DNA from: Acidobacteriota bacterium
Lineage (GTDB): Bacteria; Acidobacteriota; UBA6911
NCBI GenBank assembly: GCA_963664705.1
Contig: OY761556.1
Location: 192,001 to 256,000, forward strand
Length of the DNA stretch: 64,000 bases
Direction: 5' to 3'
Part shown: piece by piece, positions 47,051-58,029 of the stretch
Layout: each line of letters opens with the position of its first letter
Numbering within the stretch: position 1 is the stretch's first letter
Translations under genes and position numbers: made by a program
The notes under the pieces: model-generated
What the model saw: the letters and a program-made list of their open reading frames with translations, nothing else
Database searches by the model: none
What the model was told of the DNA's origin: nothing

Positions 47051-47755
47051 ATGACAAAAATGGTATTGCTGGCGATGATCTCCCTGGGCCTTTTGGCGGG
47101 TTTTACAATGACCAATCCGGGGGATCAGCCTGCTGGCGATGCCGCCCTCTCCGATGCCCGCGTTCGCCGGGCTATTGATACGCACCGCCAATCCTGGGAA
47201 GGAATGAACGTCCCTGAAGCGGACGGGAAAGCCCTCTACGATATCATCATCCGGAACGGATATAAGAACGCGCTCGAAATCGGCACATCAAACGGCTATT
47301 CAGGTATGTGGATCAGCTGGGCCCTGTCCAAGACAGGAGGAAAGCTGATTACCATTGAGATCGATCGCGGTCGGCACGAAGAGGCGCTGGCAGGTTTTCG
47401 TGAGGCAGGCCTTTCCAAGTTTATTGATGCCAGGCTTGGAGATGCGCATGAGATTGTCCCTTCACTGGCAGGTTCTTTCGATTTCGTATTCTGCGACGCC
47501 GATAAAGAATGGTACGAAAACTATCTGAAAGCCGTCCTGCCGAAACTGGCCGTCGGTGGTTGTTTTGCCGCCCACAATGTCTATGATTATTCTTCGGCTG
47601 GAGGGGGACGGAGCAGGGGTGGTTTTCGTCGGGGGTATGGCGGTATGACCGGGGGATATCTTGACTTTGCCAAAAGTCTCCCGAATCTCGACACCGGCGT
47701 ATTAGATATTCCGGGCTCTGGCGGGCTGGCGGTCAGCTACAAGAAATCAAAGTAG
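47051..47755 (+). CDS. Class I SAM-dependent O-methyltransferase (caffeoyl-CoA OMT-like) with N-terminal hydrophobic segment
   Basis: LEIGTS.GYS, ITIE, GDA, FDFVF.DADK..Y, AHN. Confidence 0.88.
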   Translation: MTKMVLLAMISLGLLAGFTMTNPGDQPAGDAALSDARVRRAIDTHRQSWEGMNVPEADGKALYDIIIRNGYKNALEIGTSNGYSGMWISWALSKTGGKLITIEIDRGRHEEALAGFREAGLSKFIDARLGDAHEIVPSLAGSFDFVFCDADKEWYENYLKAVLPKLAVGGCFAAHNVYDYSSAGGGRSRGGFRRGYGGMTGGYLDFAKSLPNLDTGVLDIPGSGGLAVSYKKSK

Positions 47756-47765
47756 GACTCGAAGC

Positions 47766-47806
47766 CGGCAGCGGCAGTCGTTGTACAAGCCGACTGCACA
47801 CTGCCG
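47766..47806. terminator. Bidirectional terminator-like hairpin between convergent OMT and ftsZ
   Basis: CGGCAG/CTGCCG and GCAGTCG/CGACTGC stems. Confidence 0.5.
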
Positions 47807-47818
47807 AATGCTGGAGGG

Positions 47819-48958
47819 TTACTCGGCGCGACGACGTTTGAATGCGGGTTCGTCCAGATTCTCTTTTAGCTGAAAATCAATCCCTTTGGATTCATTTGGA
47901 GTCAGCGGAATGACATTGTTTCCGCGGGTGTGTTCGCTGGCGCCCTTTGCCCTCTCGTTCGTATTTTGATTGAATCCGGTTGCAATGACCGTGATTTTGA
48001 TGCGATCGCCCATTCTCTCATCGTAGACGGCTCCAAAGATCGTGTCTTCAGCGCCGGCGATTTCCTCGATGATCTTGGCTGCCGCATCCACTTCGTGCAA
48101 CCGAAGGCTTTCACGGGTGGCCGTGATGTTGATCAGGACCCCGCGTGCTCCGCGGATTGAAGTTTCTTCGAGCAGCGGGCTGGAGATCGCTCTTTGGGCG
48201 GCTTCGATCGCGCGGTTTTGTCCTTCAGCCATCCCGGTGCCCATGAGCGCCATTCCTTTGCCGGCCATGGTAGTGCGCACGTCTGCGAAGTCGACATTGA
48301 CGATGCCGGGCAGCGTGATGATGTCCGAGATCCCCTGGACGGCCTGGCACAGCACATCATCTGCATAACGAAAGGAATCTTCCAGTAGCGCTTCCGGTCC
48401 CATGGCTGCGAGGAGTCTTTCGTTCGGAATTGTGATGAGGGTGTCCACCACTTCCTTGAGTTCATGAATCCCCTCGTCGGCGTGCAATCCCCTCTTCTTG
48501 CCTTCGAAGCTGAATGGTTTTGTTACCACTCCGACGGTCAGCGCTCCCAGTTCGGTGGCGAGGCTGGCAATAATGGGTGCTGCGCCGGTTCCGGTTCCGC
48601 CGCCCATGCCGGCGGTCACAAACACCATATCCGCCCCGTCCAGCAATTCGATGATGCGTTCCGTATCTTCAAGCGCCGCCTGTCTTCCTCTTTCGGGAAT
48701 TGCGCCGCAACCAAGTCCGTTTGTAAGCTTGGATCCGATCTGCAGCTTGATGGGTGCAATGGAATTCCGGAGTGCCTGGATGTCGGTGTTGGCCGCGATA
48801 AATTCAACGCCTCCGATTTTCGCCTGAATCATGCGGTTTACGGCATTTCCGCCGGCACCGCCGATTCCGATTACTTTGATTTTTGCAGGAGGCTGTCGAT
48901 CTTCCTCGAATCTGAACTCCACCGCTTCCTCTTCGAACCGCAGTTTCTCCGTTTGCAT
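47819..48958 (-). CDS. ftsZ: Cell division protein FtsZ
   Basis: [29 protein letters not shown]-terminal LDEPAF.RR. Confidence 0.98.
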   Translation of the reverse strand: MQTEKLRFEEEAVEFRFEEDRQPPAKIKVIGIGGAGGNAVNRMIQAKIGGVEFIAANTDIQALRNSIAPIKLQIGSKLTNGLGCGAIPERGRQAALEDTERIIELLDGADMVFVTAGMGGGTGTGAAPIIASLATELGALTVGVVTKPFSFEGKKRGLHADEGIHELKEVVDTLITIPNERLLAAMGPEALLEDSFRYADDVLCQAVQGISDIITLPGIVNVDFADVRTTMAGKGMALMGTGMAEGQNRAIEAAQRAISSPLLEETSIRGARGVLINITATRESLRLHEVDAAAKIIEEIAGAEDTIFGAVYDERMGDRIKITVIATGFNQNTNERAKGASEHTRGNNVIPLTPNESKGIDFQLKENLDEPAFKRRRAE

Positions 48959-49022
48959 CACTTCCTCCTCTTTGCTGCCCTTTGTATTCAAGTTAATTGC
49001 GGGATGTATCCTTCATCCTGCG

Positions 49023-50249
49023 TTAATTTCCTGCCCACTGCAAAATGCGTGAAAAAAATACCGGTGTATTGCTTGTTTTTCCGGTGGTCTTCTTCCGATA
49101 CCCGGCCTCTTCCGCACCGCAGAGGATGAGGCCGATCGCCGTTGCGTATACCGGATGTGAGAGTTCGTCTGAAAGCCCTCGGATTCCCAACGGCAAGCCT
49201 TGCCGGACAGGCATTCCCAGCGTTTCTTCAGCCAGTTCCAGCATGCCGTCCAGCATGCTCCCTCCGCCGGTAAGCACCGCACCGGCAATCAGGCGCTCAT
49301 TGCCGACTGCCTGGGATATCTGATCTCTTACCAGTTCCAGCAGTTCCACCGCCCTGTCTCTCAGAATTTCGCAGACGTATTTGCGAGATACCGATCTGTA
49401 TGGCCGCGTCCCGATGCCTGGGACGTCCACCGTTTCTCCCTCCTGAACTCTTTCGGTTAATACGGTGCCGCTATCTTTCTTAATGCGGTCGGCCTCCTCG
49501 AGCGGCGTATGCAGCCCAATGGCAAGGTCTCGGCTGAAATGTGTGCCTCCCACCGGCAACACCCGCGTGAACTGGACAGCGTTTCGCATGAAAACGGCAA
49601 TGTCCGTTGTCCCGCCGCCGATATCAATGACGACGGTGCCAAGCTCTCGCTCATCCTTTGTGAGGACTGCCTCAGCGCTGGCCAATTGCTGGAGGATTAC
49701 CTTCTTGACTCGCATTTGAGCCCGATTCACTGCGTTGATCAGATTCTGGTTCAGTGCGCTATGGCACGTCACAACGTGAATATTCACATCCAGGCGGGAA
49801 CCGTAAAGTCCTACCGGATTTTGTATGCCGCCCTGATCGTCGAGGAAGTACTCCTGCGGCAGGATGTGAATTATCTCGCGGTCGGGCGGAATCGGCACCG
49901 ATTGAGCGGCGCGGATAACCTGGTCCATAGCCTCCGAGGTGACTTCCTGGTGGTTCCCTTCAATTGTGATGGCACCATGGGAATTAAAGCTCTGGAAATG
50001 ATCGCCGGAAGCGCCCACGATAACCCAATCGACGGACACACTGGATTTGAGCTCTGCCTCATCCCGGGCTTTTCGTATGGAAGCCGCCGCCTCTTCCAGG
50101 TCCACTACCACTCCCTTTTTCAGGCCGCTCGAGTTGGCATAGCCCGTGCTCAACACTTCGAGGCTTCCATCTTTCTGAGCCCGTGCAATCATCATGCAGA
50201 TCTTTGTCGTTCCGACATCAAGACCACATATAATCCGATCTTTTTTCAC
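49023..50249 (-). CDS. ftsA: Cell division protein FtsA
   Basis: GLDVGTTKI, DIGGGTTD, LTGGG, YATAIGL, amphipathic tail. Confidence 0.97.
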   Translation of the reverse strand: MKKDRIICGLDVGTTKICMMIARAQKDGSLEVLSTGYANSSGLKKGVVVDLEEAAASIRKARDEAELKSSVSVDWVIVGASGDHFQSFNSHGAITIEGNHQEVTSEAMDQVIRAAQSVPIPPDREIIHILPQEYFLDDQGGIQNPVGLYGSRLDVNIHVVTCHSALNQNLINAVNRAQMRVKKVILQQLASAEAVLTKDERELGTVVIDIGGGTTDIAVFMRNAVQFTRVLPVGGTHFSRDLAIGLHTPLEEADRIKKDSGTVLTERVQEGETVDVPGIGTRPYRSVSRKYVCEILRDRAVELLELVRDQISQAVGNERLIAGAVLTGGGSMLDGMLELAEETLGMPVRQGLPLGIRGLSDELSHPVYATAIGLILCGAEEAGYRKKTTGKTSNTPVFFSRILQWAGN

Positions 50250-50259
50250 CTGTTCGCCT

Positions 50260-51180
50260 TTACGTCTTTGTTTTGTTTCCCGTGCCCGCGCGCCTCGGAC
50301 GATAAATAATGTTGCCCTCAACTCGCAGATCTATCGATTCTATTTCGGAGTATTGATTCTTCAATTCCTGGTATTGCTGCATGTTTGTCATCAGTGTGCT
50401 GAAGCGCTTCTGGTAGTCTTTCTCGCCCAGGAAAACCTCGGCCGTATCGTCTACCAGCAGAATCTTCAGGTTGTCCGGATCGGAAATATCCACTTCAGAA
50501 ATCTTCTTTGCTTCAGCCGGCGATCCGGCCTCGATTTCGGAGAGCATTTGAAGCCCTCTCCGGATGCGTGTTGAGTTTTCCGCCTGGTACAGCAGGTAGT
50601 CTTCTGCATCCTTTCCCATCACACCCTTGAATACGGGTACGTCCAGCTTCCCGTATTTGGGATCGTACCGATCGAGCATGATCCCATCCTGATCCGCAAT
50701 CATCAGTTCGCCATGAAACTCAATGATGGCAGACGGCGTACGTTCCTGCACGTAAATGATGAGATCCGAGGGTAGAATGCGGCGGATTTCCACTCGTTTT
50801 ACCCACGGTTCTTTTTCAAGACGTGCTCTCAGTCGATAGAGGTCAATGCGTAGAACATTGACGGGGAAGTTTTTCCGGACAACCGATTCCAGCGCCGTTG
50901 GATTGGATGCCTTGCAGCCGTGGAACGTGACCTTGCGAAGATCGAACTTGTCGGATGTATAGGCATACACAAACACCGAGAGCAGGCAGAATACAAGCAG
51001 CATGAAGGCGCCAAGTTTGCCGATGGTTTTGAGCGCGGTGACAAGGCGGCGTCCTGCGATGTGTCCTTTTCCCAGCTTGTTCGTCGCCTTCTTGTGTGCA
51101 TGCCGGGACGAATCCGGCGGGACAATTCTGGCGCTCGTAGCTTCACGCGGTTTGCTGGTCGTCTTGATTTCCATTTGCAA
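50260..51180 (-). CDS. ftsQ: Cell division protein FtsQ/DivIB
   Basis: Single TM, POTRA (PWVK.VEIRR.LP..L.I.V.ER.P), C-terminal IDLR. Confidence 0.92.
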   Translation of the reverse strand: MQMEIKTTSKPREATSARIVPPDSSRHAHKKATNKLGKGHIAGRRLVTALKTIGKLGAFMLLVFCLLSVFVYAYTSDKFDLRKVTFHGCKASNPTALESVVRKNFPVNVLRIDLYRLRARLEKEPWVKRVEIRRILPSDLIIYVQERTPSAIIEFHGELMIADQDGIMLDRYDPKYGKLDVPVFKGVMGKDAEDYLLYQAENSTRIRRGLQMLSEIEAGSPAEAKKISEVDISDPDNLKILLVDDTAEVFLGEKDYQKRFSTLMTNMQQYQELKNQYSEIESIDLRVEGNIIYRPRRAGTGNKTKT

Positions 51181-51218
51181 TCACTTCTCCGGGTGCGCCG
51201 CGCAGGGCGGGTCCGGGT

Positions 51219-52580
51219 TTATTCCTTGAGAAACTCTTCGCCAATCTTCCACACATCTCCGGCCCCAAGAGTCAAAAGCAGATCGCCTTCGCGGAGCCTT
51301 TCTGTCAACAACCTTTGAACACTGCCGGGATCCGGTGCAAACATTACGTCTCTGTGTCCGAATTTCTTGATCTGCTCAACGAGCCGTTCCGCCGTGACGC
51401 CTGGAATCGGTTCTTCGCTTGCGGCGTATATCGGGAGAACCAGAAGAACATCCGCATGGTGAAACGCTCGCGCAAAATCCTCTTCCAGGGCCTGGGTGCG
51501 CGTATAGCGGTGCGGCTGGAAAACCGTGACGATCCGTCGATCGCACGCATGCCGGGCCGCGCTGAGCGTGGCAATGATCTCCGTAGGATGGTGACCGTAA
51601 TCATCCACGACAAGAACGCCGGTCTTTTGTCCCTTGACCTGAAACCTGCGATCGGCGTTTTGAAACGACGCCAGGGCTTCGGCTATCTTGTCAAACGGGA
51701 TTTCCAACTCCAGTCCCGTTGCCAGGGCTGCCAGCGAATTGAGGATTCCGTGTCTTCCCGGGATTCGCAGCTGGAGCGTACCCAGCGCATTGCCCCGATA
51801 GTGCACCTGGCAGGAAGTGCCGAAGTCGTGAAATTCGATGCGGGACGCGACGAGATCCGCCTGCTTGCTGGTCCCATAGGTTACGATGCGCCGCTCCACG
51901 CGCGGGAGAATGGCCTGGACATTGGGATCGTCGAGGCACAGAACGGCAGCTCCATAGAATGGCACCTTGTTGACAAACGAAACAAAGGCAGCCTGGATTT
52001 CATCTAGATTCGCGTAATGATCCAGATGCTCCCGATCGATATTGGTGACAATGGCGATTGTGGGGCTGAGCTTCAGGAATGAGCCGTCGCTCTCATCCGC
52101 CTCCGCCACAATAAAATCGCCTTTGCCGAGTTTTGCATTGCTTCCAAAGGCGTTCAGCCGGCCGCCAATCACGGCCGTTGGATCAAAGCCGCCATTTACC
52201 AGCACCGTGGCGACCATTGAGGTCGTGGTCGTCTTTCCATGAGAGCCCGCAACTGCAACTCCGTATTTTAGCCGCATCAGTTCGGCAAGCATCTCCGCCC
52301 TGGGGATGACCGGGATCTGCAGCCGCTTGGCTTCAACCACTTCCACATTATCCGGACGGACGGCGGAGGAGATGACGACCACGTTGGTGCCTTCGACATT
52401 CGCCGCACGGTGGCCGTAAAAAATCTTCCCTCCCAGGGATGTCAGCCGGTCGGTAACCGGACTTGGCTTCAGATCGGAGCCGGAAACCTCATAGCCGAGG
52501 TTCAGCAGGAGTTCGGCTATGCCGCTCATCCCAATGCCCCCGATTCCGACAAAATGCAGTTTCTGAATTTTCCTGAACAT
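51219..52580 (-). CDS. murC: UDP-N-acetylmuramate--L-alanine ligase
   Basis: [43 protein letters not shown]. Confidence 0.98.
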   Translation of the reverse strand: MFRKIQKLHFVGIGGIGMSGIAELLLNLGYEVSGSDLKPSPVTDRLTSLGGKIFYGHRAANVEGTNVVVISSAVRPDNVEVVEAKRLQIPVIPRAEMLAELMRLKYGVAVAGSHGKTTTTSMVATVLVNGGFDPTAVIGGRLNAFGSNAKLGKGDFIVAEADESDGSFLKLSPTIAIVTNIDREHLDHYANLDEIQAAFVSFVNKVPFYGAAVLCLDDPNVQAILPRVERRIVTYGTSKQADLVASRIEFHDFGTSCQVHYRGNALGTLQLRIPGRHGILNSLAALATGLELEIPFDKIAEALASFQNADRRFQVKGQKTGVLVVDDYGHHPTEIIATLSAARHACDRRIVTVFQPHRYTRTQALEEDFARAFHHADVLLVLPIYAASEEPIPGVTAERLVEQIKKFGHRDVMFAPDPGSVQRLLTERLREGDLLLTLGAGDVWKIGEEFLKE

Positions 52581-52595
52581 ATCTATCCTGTCCGC

Positions 52596-53678
52596 CTAAT
52601 CCGCCGCTTCGGATAACCTGTTATGGTTCGAGAGATTCAAGAGCACGCCGGTTGCAATCAGATTCAGCAGGATGGAACTGCCCCCCTGGCTCATGAAAGG
52701 CAACGCAATGCCCTTTGTGGGCATCATGGACAACACCATGGACATGTTAATGAACCCCTGCAGCGCTACCATCAGTGTAATGGCCAATCCGAGGTAAAAT
52801 CCGAAACGGTCCGGTGTCCGCAGGACAATCCGAATTCCGCGATAAAAAAAGATCAAAAATGCCAGCGCAACGATACAAGTGCCAATCAACCCGAGTTCTT
52901 CGCCGATCACAGCGAAAATAAAGTCGCTTGGAGCTTCAGGCAAAAAGGCAAGCTTCTGTTTACTCGCGCCGAATCCGAGGCCGGAGAAACCACCCGTGCC
53001 GATTGCCGTCAGAGACTGGCTGATTTGCCACCCATAGCCAAGCCGGTCATGCAGCGGATCTATGAATACCTTCATCCGTTCCCAACGGAATGGATACTGC
53101 TTGATGAAGAAGATGAGGGCGGGAACCGCCATCGCTGCAGCCGAGATAATATATTTCCATGACAGGCCCGCAACCACCAGAAGAATTCCCATAATCATGC
53201 AGATAGTCAAAGCCTGTCCGAAATCCGGTTCGACTGCAATCAGTCCTGCAATACAAAGTACAACCGCTCCAAGGGGCAGCAAACGGCGGAGAGGCTGGTT
53301 GATCTCCTTTTCATGCTTATGCAGGTATGATGCGATAAACACCAGAACAATCAGCTTTGCGATTTCCGAAGGCTGGAATGATACCAGCCCATAGCGAATC
53401 CAGCGATGAGCTCCGTTTACCTTTGCCTGTGTCATGACGAAAAGCAAAGCCACCGCGGATACGGCCAGCAGCGTATAGAGAACTTTGGGTTTCTGCCAGA
53501 AGTGATAGTCAACGTTCATCACAAAAAGCAGCATGACGAAGCCGATTCCCGCGTGAAGCAGCTGCTTGAGAAAGGCGTACGAAGACATGGATGCGCTATA
53601 AACCATCACCAGCCCGAATATCGTGAGAAACCCGGCGGTAAAGAACAGCACTTTGTCACTGGCTGGTTTATATGCCAT
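52596..53678 (-). CDS. ftsW: SEDS peptidoglycan polymerase FtsW
   Basis: GL.MVYSAS, NGA.RWI, FQPSE.AK, EPDFG, LPEA..DFIFA..GEE.G, PTKG..LPF.S.GGS. Confidence 0.96.
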   Translation of the reverse strand: MAYKPASDKVLFFTAGFLTIFGLVMVYSASMSSYAFLKQLLHAGIGFVMLLFVMNVDYHFWQKPKVLYTLLAVSAVALLFVMTQAKVNGAHRWIRYGLVSFQPSEIAKLIVLVFIASYLHKHEKEINQPLRRLLPLGAVVLCIAGLIAVEPDFGQALTICMIMGILLVVAGLSWKYIISAAAMAVPALIFFIKQYPFRWERMKVFIDPLHDRLGYGWQISQSLTAIGTGGFSGLGFGASKQKLAFLPEAPSDFIFAVIGEELGLIGTCIVALAFLIFFYRGIRIVLRTPDRFGFYLGLAITLMVALQGFINMSMVLSMMPTKGIALPFMSQGGSSILLNLIATGVLLNLSNHNRLSEAAD

Positions 53679-53683
53679 AAGCT

Positions 53684-55060
53684 TTAGATGCCCTTCTTCA
53701 GGCTGCGCACCGCATCCTTGAAGACGCGGCCGCGGTGTTCGTAATCCTGAAACATATCAAAACTTGCGCATGCAGGCGCCAGAAGCACCACGTCGCCTGC
53801 TTTTGCGATCCGATGGCATGCGGAGACTGCCTCCTGCATGGAGCCGGTTTGACTTATCTCCGTCGTGCCGGATAGCGCTTCACGGATCTTGCCCGCCGCC
53901 TGTCCGATCAAAACCAGATGTTTGACCCGTTCTCTTACGAGGGTTTGCAGGACCGTAAAGTCACCGGCTTTATCCTTGCCCCCCGCAATCAGGACAATGC
54001 CGCCCGGAAATGCTTCGAGAGATTTGATTGTGGCGTCGACGTTGGTTGCCTTCGAATCGTTGAAATACTGGACTCCGTCAATCTCGCACACAAATTCAAT
54101 CCGGTGTTCCACTCCCTTGAATTTCCGAACACTTGCTTCGAGGCTGTCCGGGGCAGCGCCGGCCAGTATGGCCATGGCGCAGGCGGCCAGAACATTCTCC
54201 TGGTTGTGGGCTCCTTTGAGCGCTATGGCATCGGCGGTAAACAGCTTCCGTTCGCCGGATTCGTCGCAATAAAAGAGCACCCCGTCCCTCATGTATGCAC
54301 CGCGCGCCTGAGCTTTCTTCCGGCTGAACAGAACCGGCGTGGATGCCACCTGCGCCGCGATGTTTGCCGTTTTGGGATCGTCGTCGTTCAGGACTGCAAA
54401 TTCCGTCTTTTGCTGGTTCAAAAAGATTCGCTGTTTCGCCGCGACGTAATCTTCGAAGCCGGCGTATCGATCCATGTGATCCGGCGTCAGGTTCAGGATC
54501 GATCCAATTGCCGGTCGAAATGTATCGATGCCTTCCAGTTGAAAGCTGGAAAGCTCAACGGCATAAATATCCTCCGTCGACGATTCGCCGACGAAGTCGA
54601 TCAGGGGCGTTCCGATATTGCCGGCGGAATGCCCTTTGAGTCCTGCGCCGACCAGAAGCTCGGATACCAGGCTGGTCGTGGTTGTTTTTCCATTGGATCC
54701 CGTAATGCCGATGATTTTTCCCTTCAGATGACGGGCTGCAAGTTCGATTTCCGCAATGATCGGAATTGCTGCTTTCCTGCTTAGATCGAAATAGGGGAGT
54801 GCAAGGGGCACTCCAGGACTTACAACCACAAAATCGCAGTTGCGGAAACTTTCATCGTTATGTCCTCCCAGTTCCAATATGAGTTCGCCTGGATAATCCC
54901 GGGCATTGAGCAATGGAGAAATGCGAGGCAGATTCTCCAGTGTTTGTGAGTCGGTGAGAGTTACTCTCGCACCGGCCGCCAACAGAAAGCGGGCGGAAGA
55001 AATCCCGCTTTTGGCGGCACCCACGATCAGAACTGATTTCCCTCGATAGCTGATATCCAT
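53684..55060 (-). CDS. murD: UDP-MurNAc-L-Ala--D-glutamate ligase
   Basis: SPG, ITGSNGKTTT, ELSSFQL, DH.DRY, NDSKATN, PACASFD.F. Confidence 0.98.
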   Translation of the reverse strand: MDISYRGKSVLIVGAAKSGISSARFLLAAGARVTLTDSQTLENLPRISPLLNARDYPGELILELGGHNDESFRNCDFVVVSPGVPLALPYFDLSRKAAIPIIAEIELAARHLKGKIIGITGSNGKTTTTSLVSELLVGAGLKGHSAGNIGTPLIDFVGESSTEDIYAVELSSFQLEGIDTFRPAIGSILNLTPDHMDRYAGFEDYVAAKQRIFLNQQKTEFAVLNDDDPKTANIAAQVASTPVLFSRKKAQARGAYMRDGVLFYCDESGERKLFTADAIALKGAHNQENVLAACAMAILAGAAPDSLEASVRKFKGVEHRIEFVCEIDGVQYFNDSKATNVDATIKSLEAFPGGIVLIAGGKDKAGDFTVLQTLVRERVKHLVLIGQAAGKIREALSGTTEISQTGSMQEAVSACHRIAKAGDVVLLAPACASFDMFQDYEHRGRVFKDAVRSLKKGI

Positions 55061-55107
55061 AAAATGACTTTACAAATTTCCCGGAAGCGACGGTGCTTCC
55101 GGACTTC

Positions 55108-56517
55108 CTAATTGCCAGGCGCCTCGAACTCCGCGCGCAGCCGCTGAATAATTTTTTCCAGGTGTACTCCGCGCGAACCCTTTACGAGCACCAGATCTCC
55201 GGCCTGCAATTCCTTTGCAAGAGCTTCCGCTACCGCATCCGCATCCGGATAAAAACGCGATTGAGACGAAGGCAAGCCCGCGGCCGTTGCGCCTCGAACA
55301 ATCTCCTCTGCCGCTCCTCGGACTCCAATCACAATGTCGATGCCATGCCCGGCGGCGAACCTGCCGCAATCGGCATGCAGGGCATTCGATCCGCTTCCCA
55401 GTTCCAGCATTTCTCCTGCGACCAGGATTCGCCGGGAAAATGACGGCATGTCCGCAAGGACCTCGATCATCTTCATGAGCGCCCTGGGATTCGAATTGTA
55501 TGAATCGTCGATGACCGTGAACCCCGGTTTGAAACTCAGGATCTGGCCCCGCATGGACGCTTGCTGAAGACTCCGGAAGGTTTCCGTCATCCGGTCCAGG
55601 GGGATATTGAGCCGACTGCCAAGGGCTATGGCCGGCAGGAGATTCATGACATAGTGGGTCCCGGCCACGGGTATCGTGCCTTCCCACATGTTTTTTCCGC
55701 AGGAGAGCCTGAAGCCGGTCTCCGTCAGCCCTTTGATGGCTATCCGGTCTGCTCGAACTTCGGCTCCTTCAGAGAAGCCAAAGGAAATTTTTGTGCCCGT
55801 AAAACGCTCCGCGATGGACCGGACCAGTGGATCATCGATGTTGTAGATCAATGCGCCATCCGCAGGCAGAGCTTCGGCGAGTTCTCCCTTGGCCCTGGCA
55901 ATGTCTTCGACCGACTTGAAAAACTCGAGATGTACCGGAGCAACGTTTGTGATGATTCCGATCCCGGGGGAAGCGATGCGGCACATTTCGGCAATCTCGC
56001 CCGGCGCGCTCATCCCCATTTCAAATATTCCGACATTGCATTCGGAAGCCAGACCGAACAGCGCAAGGGGAAGCCCGAAGAGATTGTTGTAATTGCCCGG
56101 AGTCCGGTAAACCCCGAATGTGTTTTGCAATACGTGGGCTGCAAATTCCTTTGTCGTGGTTTTGCCCATGCTTCCCGTGATGGCCACCAGAATTCCATTC
56201 CATCGCTGCCGGAACCAGATTGCGAGATCTTTCAGCGCTTCATGGGTCTGTTTGACACGGATGAGCACGCGGTCATCGGGAAAGCTTCCCGGGAACCGGT
56301 AATCGTGTTCCACCACAGCGCCCAGGGCGCCTTTGGACAGGGCATCAGGGACATAGCGATGTCCATCCTGATTAGGGCCGCGGATCGCAAAAAAGATATC
56401 GCCGCCTTTGAGATGGCGTGTGTCGATCGACACAGTAGAGAAGACGGTATCCTTCGAACCATAGGCCAGGTTTCCGGAGGTTCCGTATTCAATCTCTGCT
56501 GCTGTTAAAATCGACAT
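55108..56517 (-). CDS. murF: UDP-MurNAc-tripeptide--D-Ala-D-Ala ligase
   Basis: ITGS.GKTTTKE, GNYNN..GLP, EMGM...GEI, DDSYN.NP, G.MLELG, VKGSRG. Confidence 0.97.
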   Translation of the reverse strand: MSILTAAEIEYGTSGNLAYGSKDTVFSTVSIDTRHLKGGDIFFAIRGPNQDGHRYVPDALSKGALGAVVEHDYRFPGSFPDDRVLIRVKQTHEALKDLAIWFRQRWNGILVAITGSMGKTTTKEFAAHVLQNTFGVYRTPGNYNNLFGLPLALFGLASECNVGIFEMGMSAPGEIAEMCRIASPGIGIITNVAPVHLEFFKSVEDIARAKGELAEALPADGALIYNIDDPLVRSIAERFTGTKISFGFSEGAEVRADRIAIKGLTETGFRLSCGKNMWEGTIPVAGTHYVMNLLPAIALGSRLNIPLDRMTETFRSLQQASMRGQILSFKPGFTVIDDSYNSNPRALMKMIEVLADMPSFSRRILVAGEMLELGSGSNALHADCGRFAAGHGIDIVIGVRGAAEEIVRGATAAGLPSSQSRFYPDADAVAEALAKELQAGDLVLVKGSRGVHLEKIIQRLRAEFEAPGN

Positions 56518-56552
56518 GACAAGCCATTCGTTGCCGGAGTGCCGGCATTCAA

Positions 56553-58022
56553 TCAGTGGTTCAAACGTTCTCGAATCAGTTCGCGGGCAATTTCACGGTC
56601 GTCGAAATGGATGGTCTGGGTGCCGAGTATCTGATAATCCTCGTGCCCTTTCCCCGCAATTACGACAACATCGCCCTTATTTGCAATCGATACCGCCGCT
56701 TCAATCGCTTTGCGCCGGTCCGGTTGAACAACATAGGGTGCCGGTCCTCCGCGCATTCCGTTTTCAATTTCTTTCAGGATTTGAAGCGGATCTTCCGATC
56801 TCGGGTTGTCCGAGGTCGCAAATACGAAGTCGCTCATTTTGGCCGCAATCTCACCCATAATCGGCCGCTTGGTCTTGTCTCGGTCGCCGCCGCAGCCGAA
56901 GACGGTGATCAGCTTTCCGTGCGGGAGTTGGGCAACCGTGTTCAGAAGGTTCTCTAGGGCATCCGGAGAGTGTGCGTAGTCAACGATGACAGCAAAATCC
57001 TGACCAGCATCCACTCTTTCCACTCGGCCAGGGACTCCCGTTAGCGCTTCTATCCCTTTTTGAATCTGGTCCAGCGGAATTCCGAGGGAGAGAGCGGCCC
57101 CTGTGGCTGCCATGACATTATAGATATTGGGCCGGCCGATCAGCTTCAGCTGATACCGGATTTCGCCTGCGGGCGTGTGAAGCGTTAAATCGGTTCCATC
57201 GACGCGGCTGTGGAAATCCACAACATGAATGGATGCCTCTTTATTGAATCCGAAACTGACCAGGTTGCATCCAACGTTTGCGGCCAGCCTTTTCCCATAA
57301 GGATCGTCGATATTGATGACGGCCGATTCCACACGATTTCCGTTCTCTGCAGAGAAGAGAATTTGTTTTGCCCGGAAATACGACTCCATGTCTTTGTGGA
57401 AATCGAGATGATCGCGCGTCAGATTCATAAAAACGCCGACCCTGAACCGCATTCCATAAACTCTTTTAAGAGAGAGGGAATGCGAGGATACCTCCAGAAC
57501 ACCAACCGTACAGCCCTCGTCAGCCGCCTGGGCAAAGAATCCCGTCAGGTCAGACGACTCAGGCGTTGTATGCTCGCTGTGGAAACTCTGGGATCCGATC
57601 TTCATCCCGATCGTTCCCACCAGGCACGCGCGCATTTCCGAACCGCCGTAAATGGATTCCATAAGATAGGAGGTCGTGGTCTTGCCGTTCGTGCCGGTAA
57701 TCGCCACAAGTTTCAGACGCTCCGAGGGATTTCCAAAAAAGGCCTTCGATATCTCTGCCAGGAATCTTCTATCATCGCCAACACGGATACAGGCTGTCCC
57801 TGGTGCCGGCTCCATCGGCGCTTCGGATGCAACGGCAACCGCGCCTTTTTCGATTGCCTGCGGGACGAAACGAGTGCCATCGCTCTTCTCGCCTTTGATG
57901 GCGACAAACAGATCGCCTTTTTTCACCGAGCGGGAATCATAGGCAATGCCGCGGATATCGACATCGAGGCTGCCTTGCGTCTGAATCCCTGGAATCTGTG
58001 CGACCACTTCGTGTAGGTACAT
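56553..58022 (-). CDS. murE: UDP-MurNAc-dipeptide--meso-DAP ligase
   Basis: TGTNGKTT, EVSSH, DHLDFH, DYAH.PD, FGCGGDRD, DNPR (mDAP type), AGKGHE. Confidence 0.98.
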   Translation of the reverse strand: MYLHEVVAQIPGIQTQGSLDVDIRGIAYDSRSVKKGDLFVAIKGEKSDGTRFVPQAIEKGAVAVASEAPMEPAPGTACIRVGDDRRFLAEISKAFFGNPSERLKLVAITGTNGKTTTSYLMESIYGGSEMRACLVGTIGMKIGSQSFHSEHTTPESSDLTGFFAQAADEGCTVGVLEVSSHSLSLKRVYGMRFRVGVFMNLTRDHLDFHKDMESYFRAKQILFSAENGNRVESAVINIDDPYGKRLAANVGCNLVSFGFNKEASIHVVDFHSRVDGTDLTLHTPAGEIRYQLKLIGRPNIYNVMAATGAALSLGIPLDQIQKGIEALTGVPGRVERVDAGQDFAVIVDYAHSPDALENLLNTVAQLPHGKLITVFGCGGDRDKTKRPIMGEIAAKMSDFVFATSDNPRSEDPLQILKEIENGMRGGPAPYVVQPDRRKAIEAAVSIANKGDVVVIAGKGHEDYQILGTQTIHFDDREIARELIRERLNH

Positions 58023-58029
58023 AATCCTT

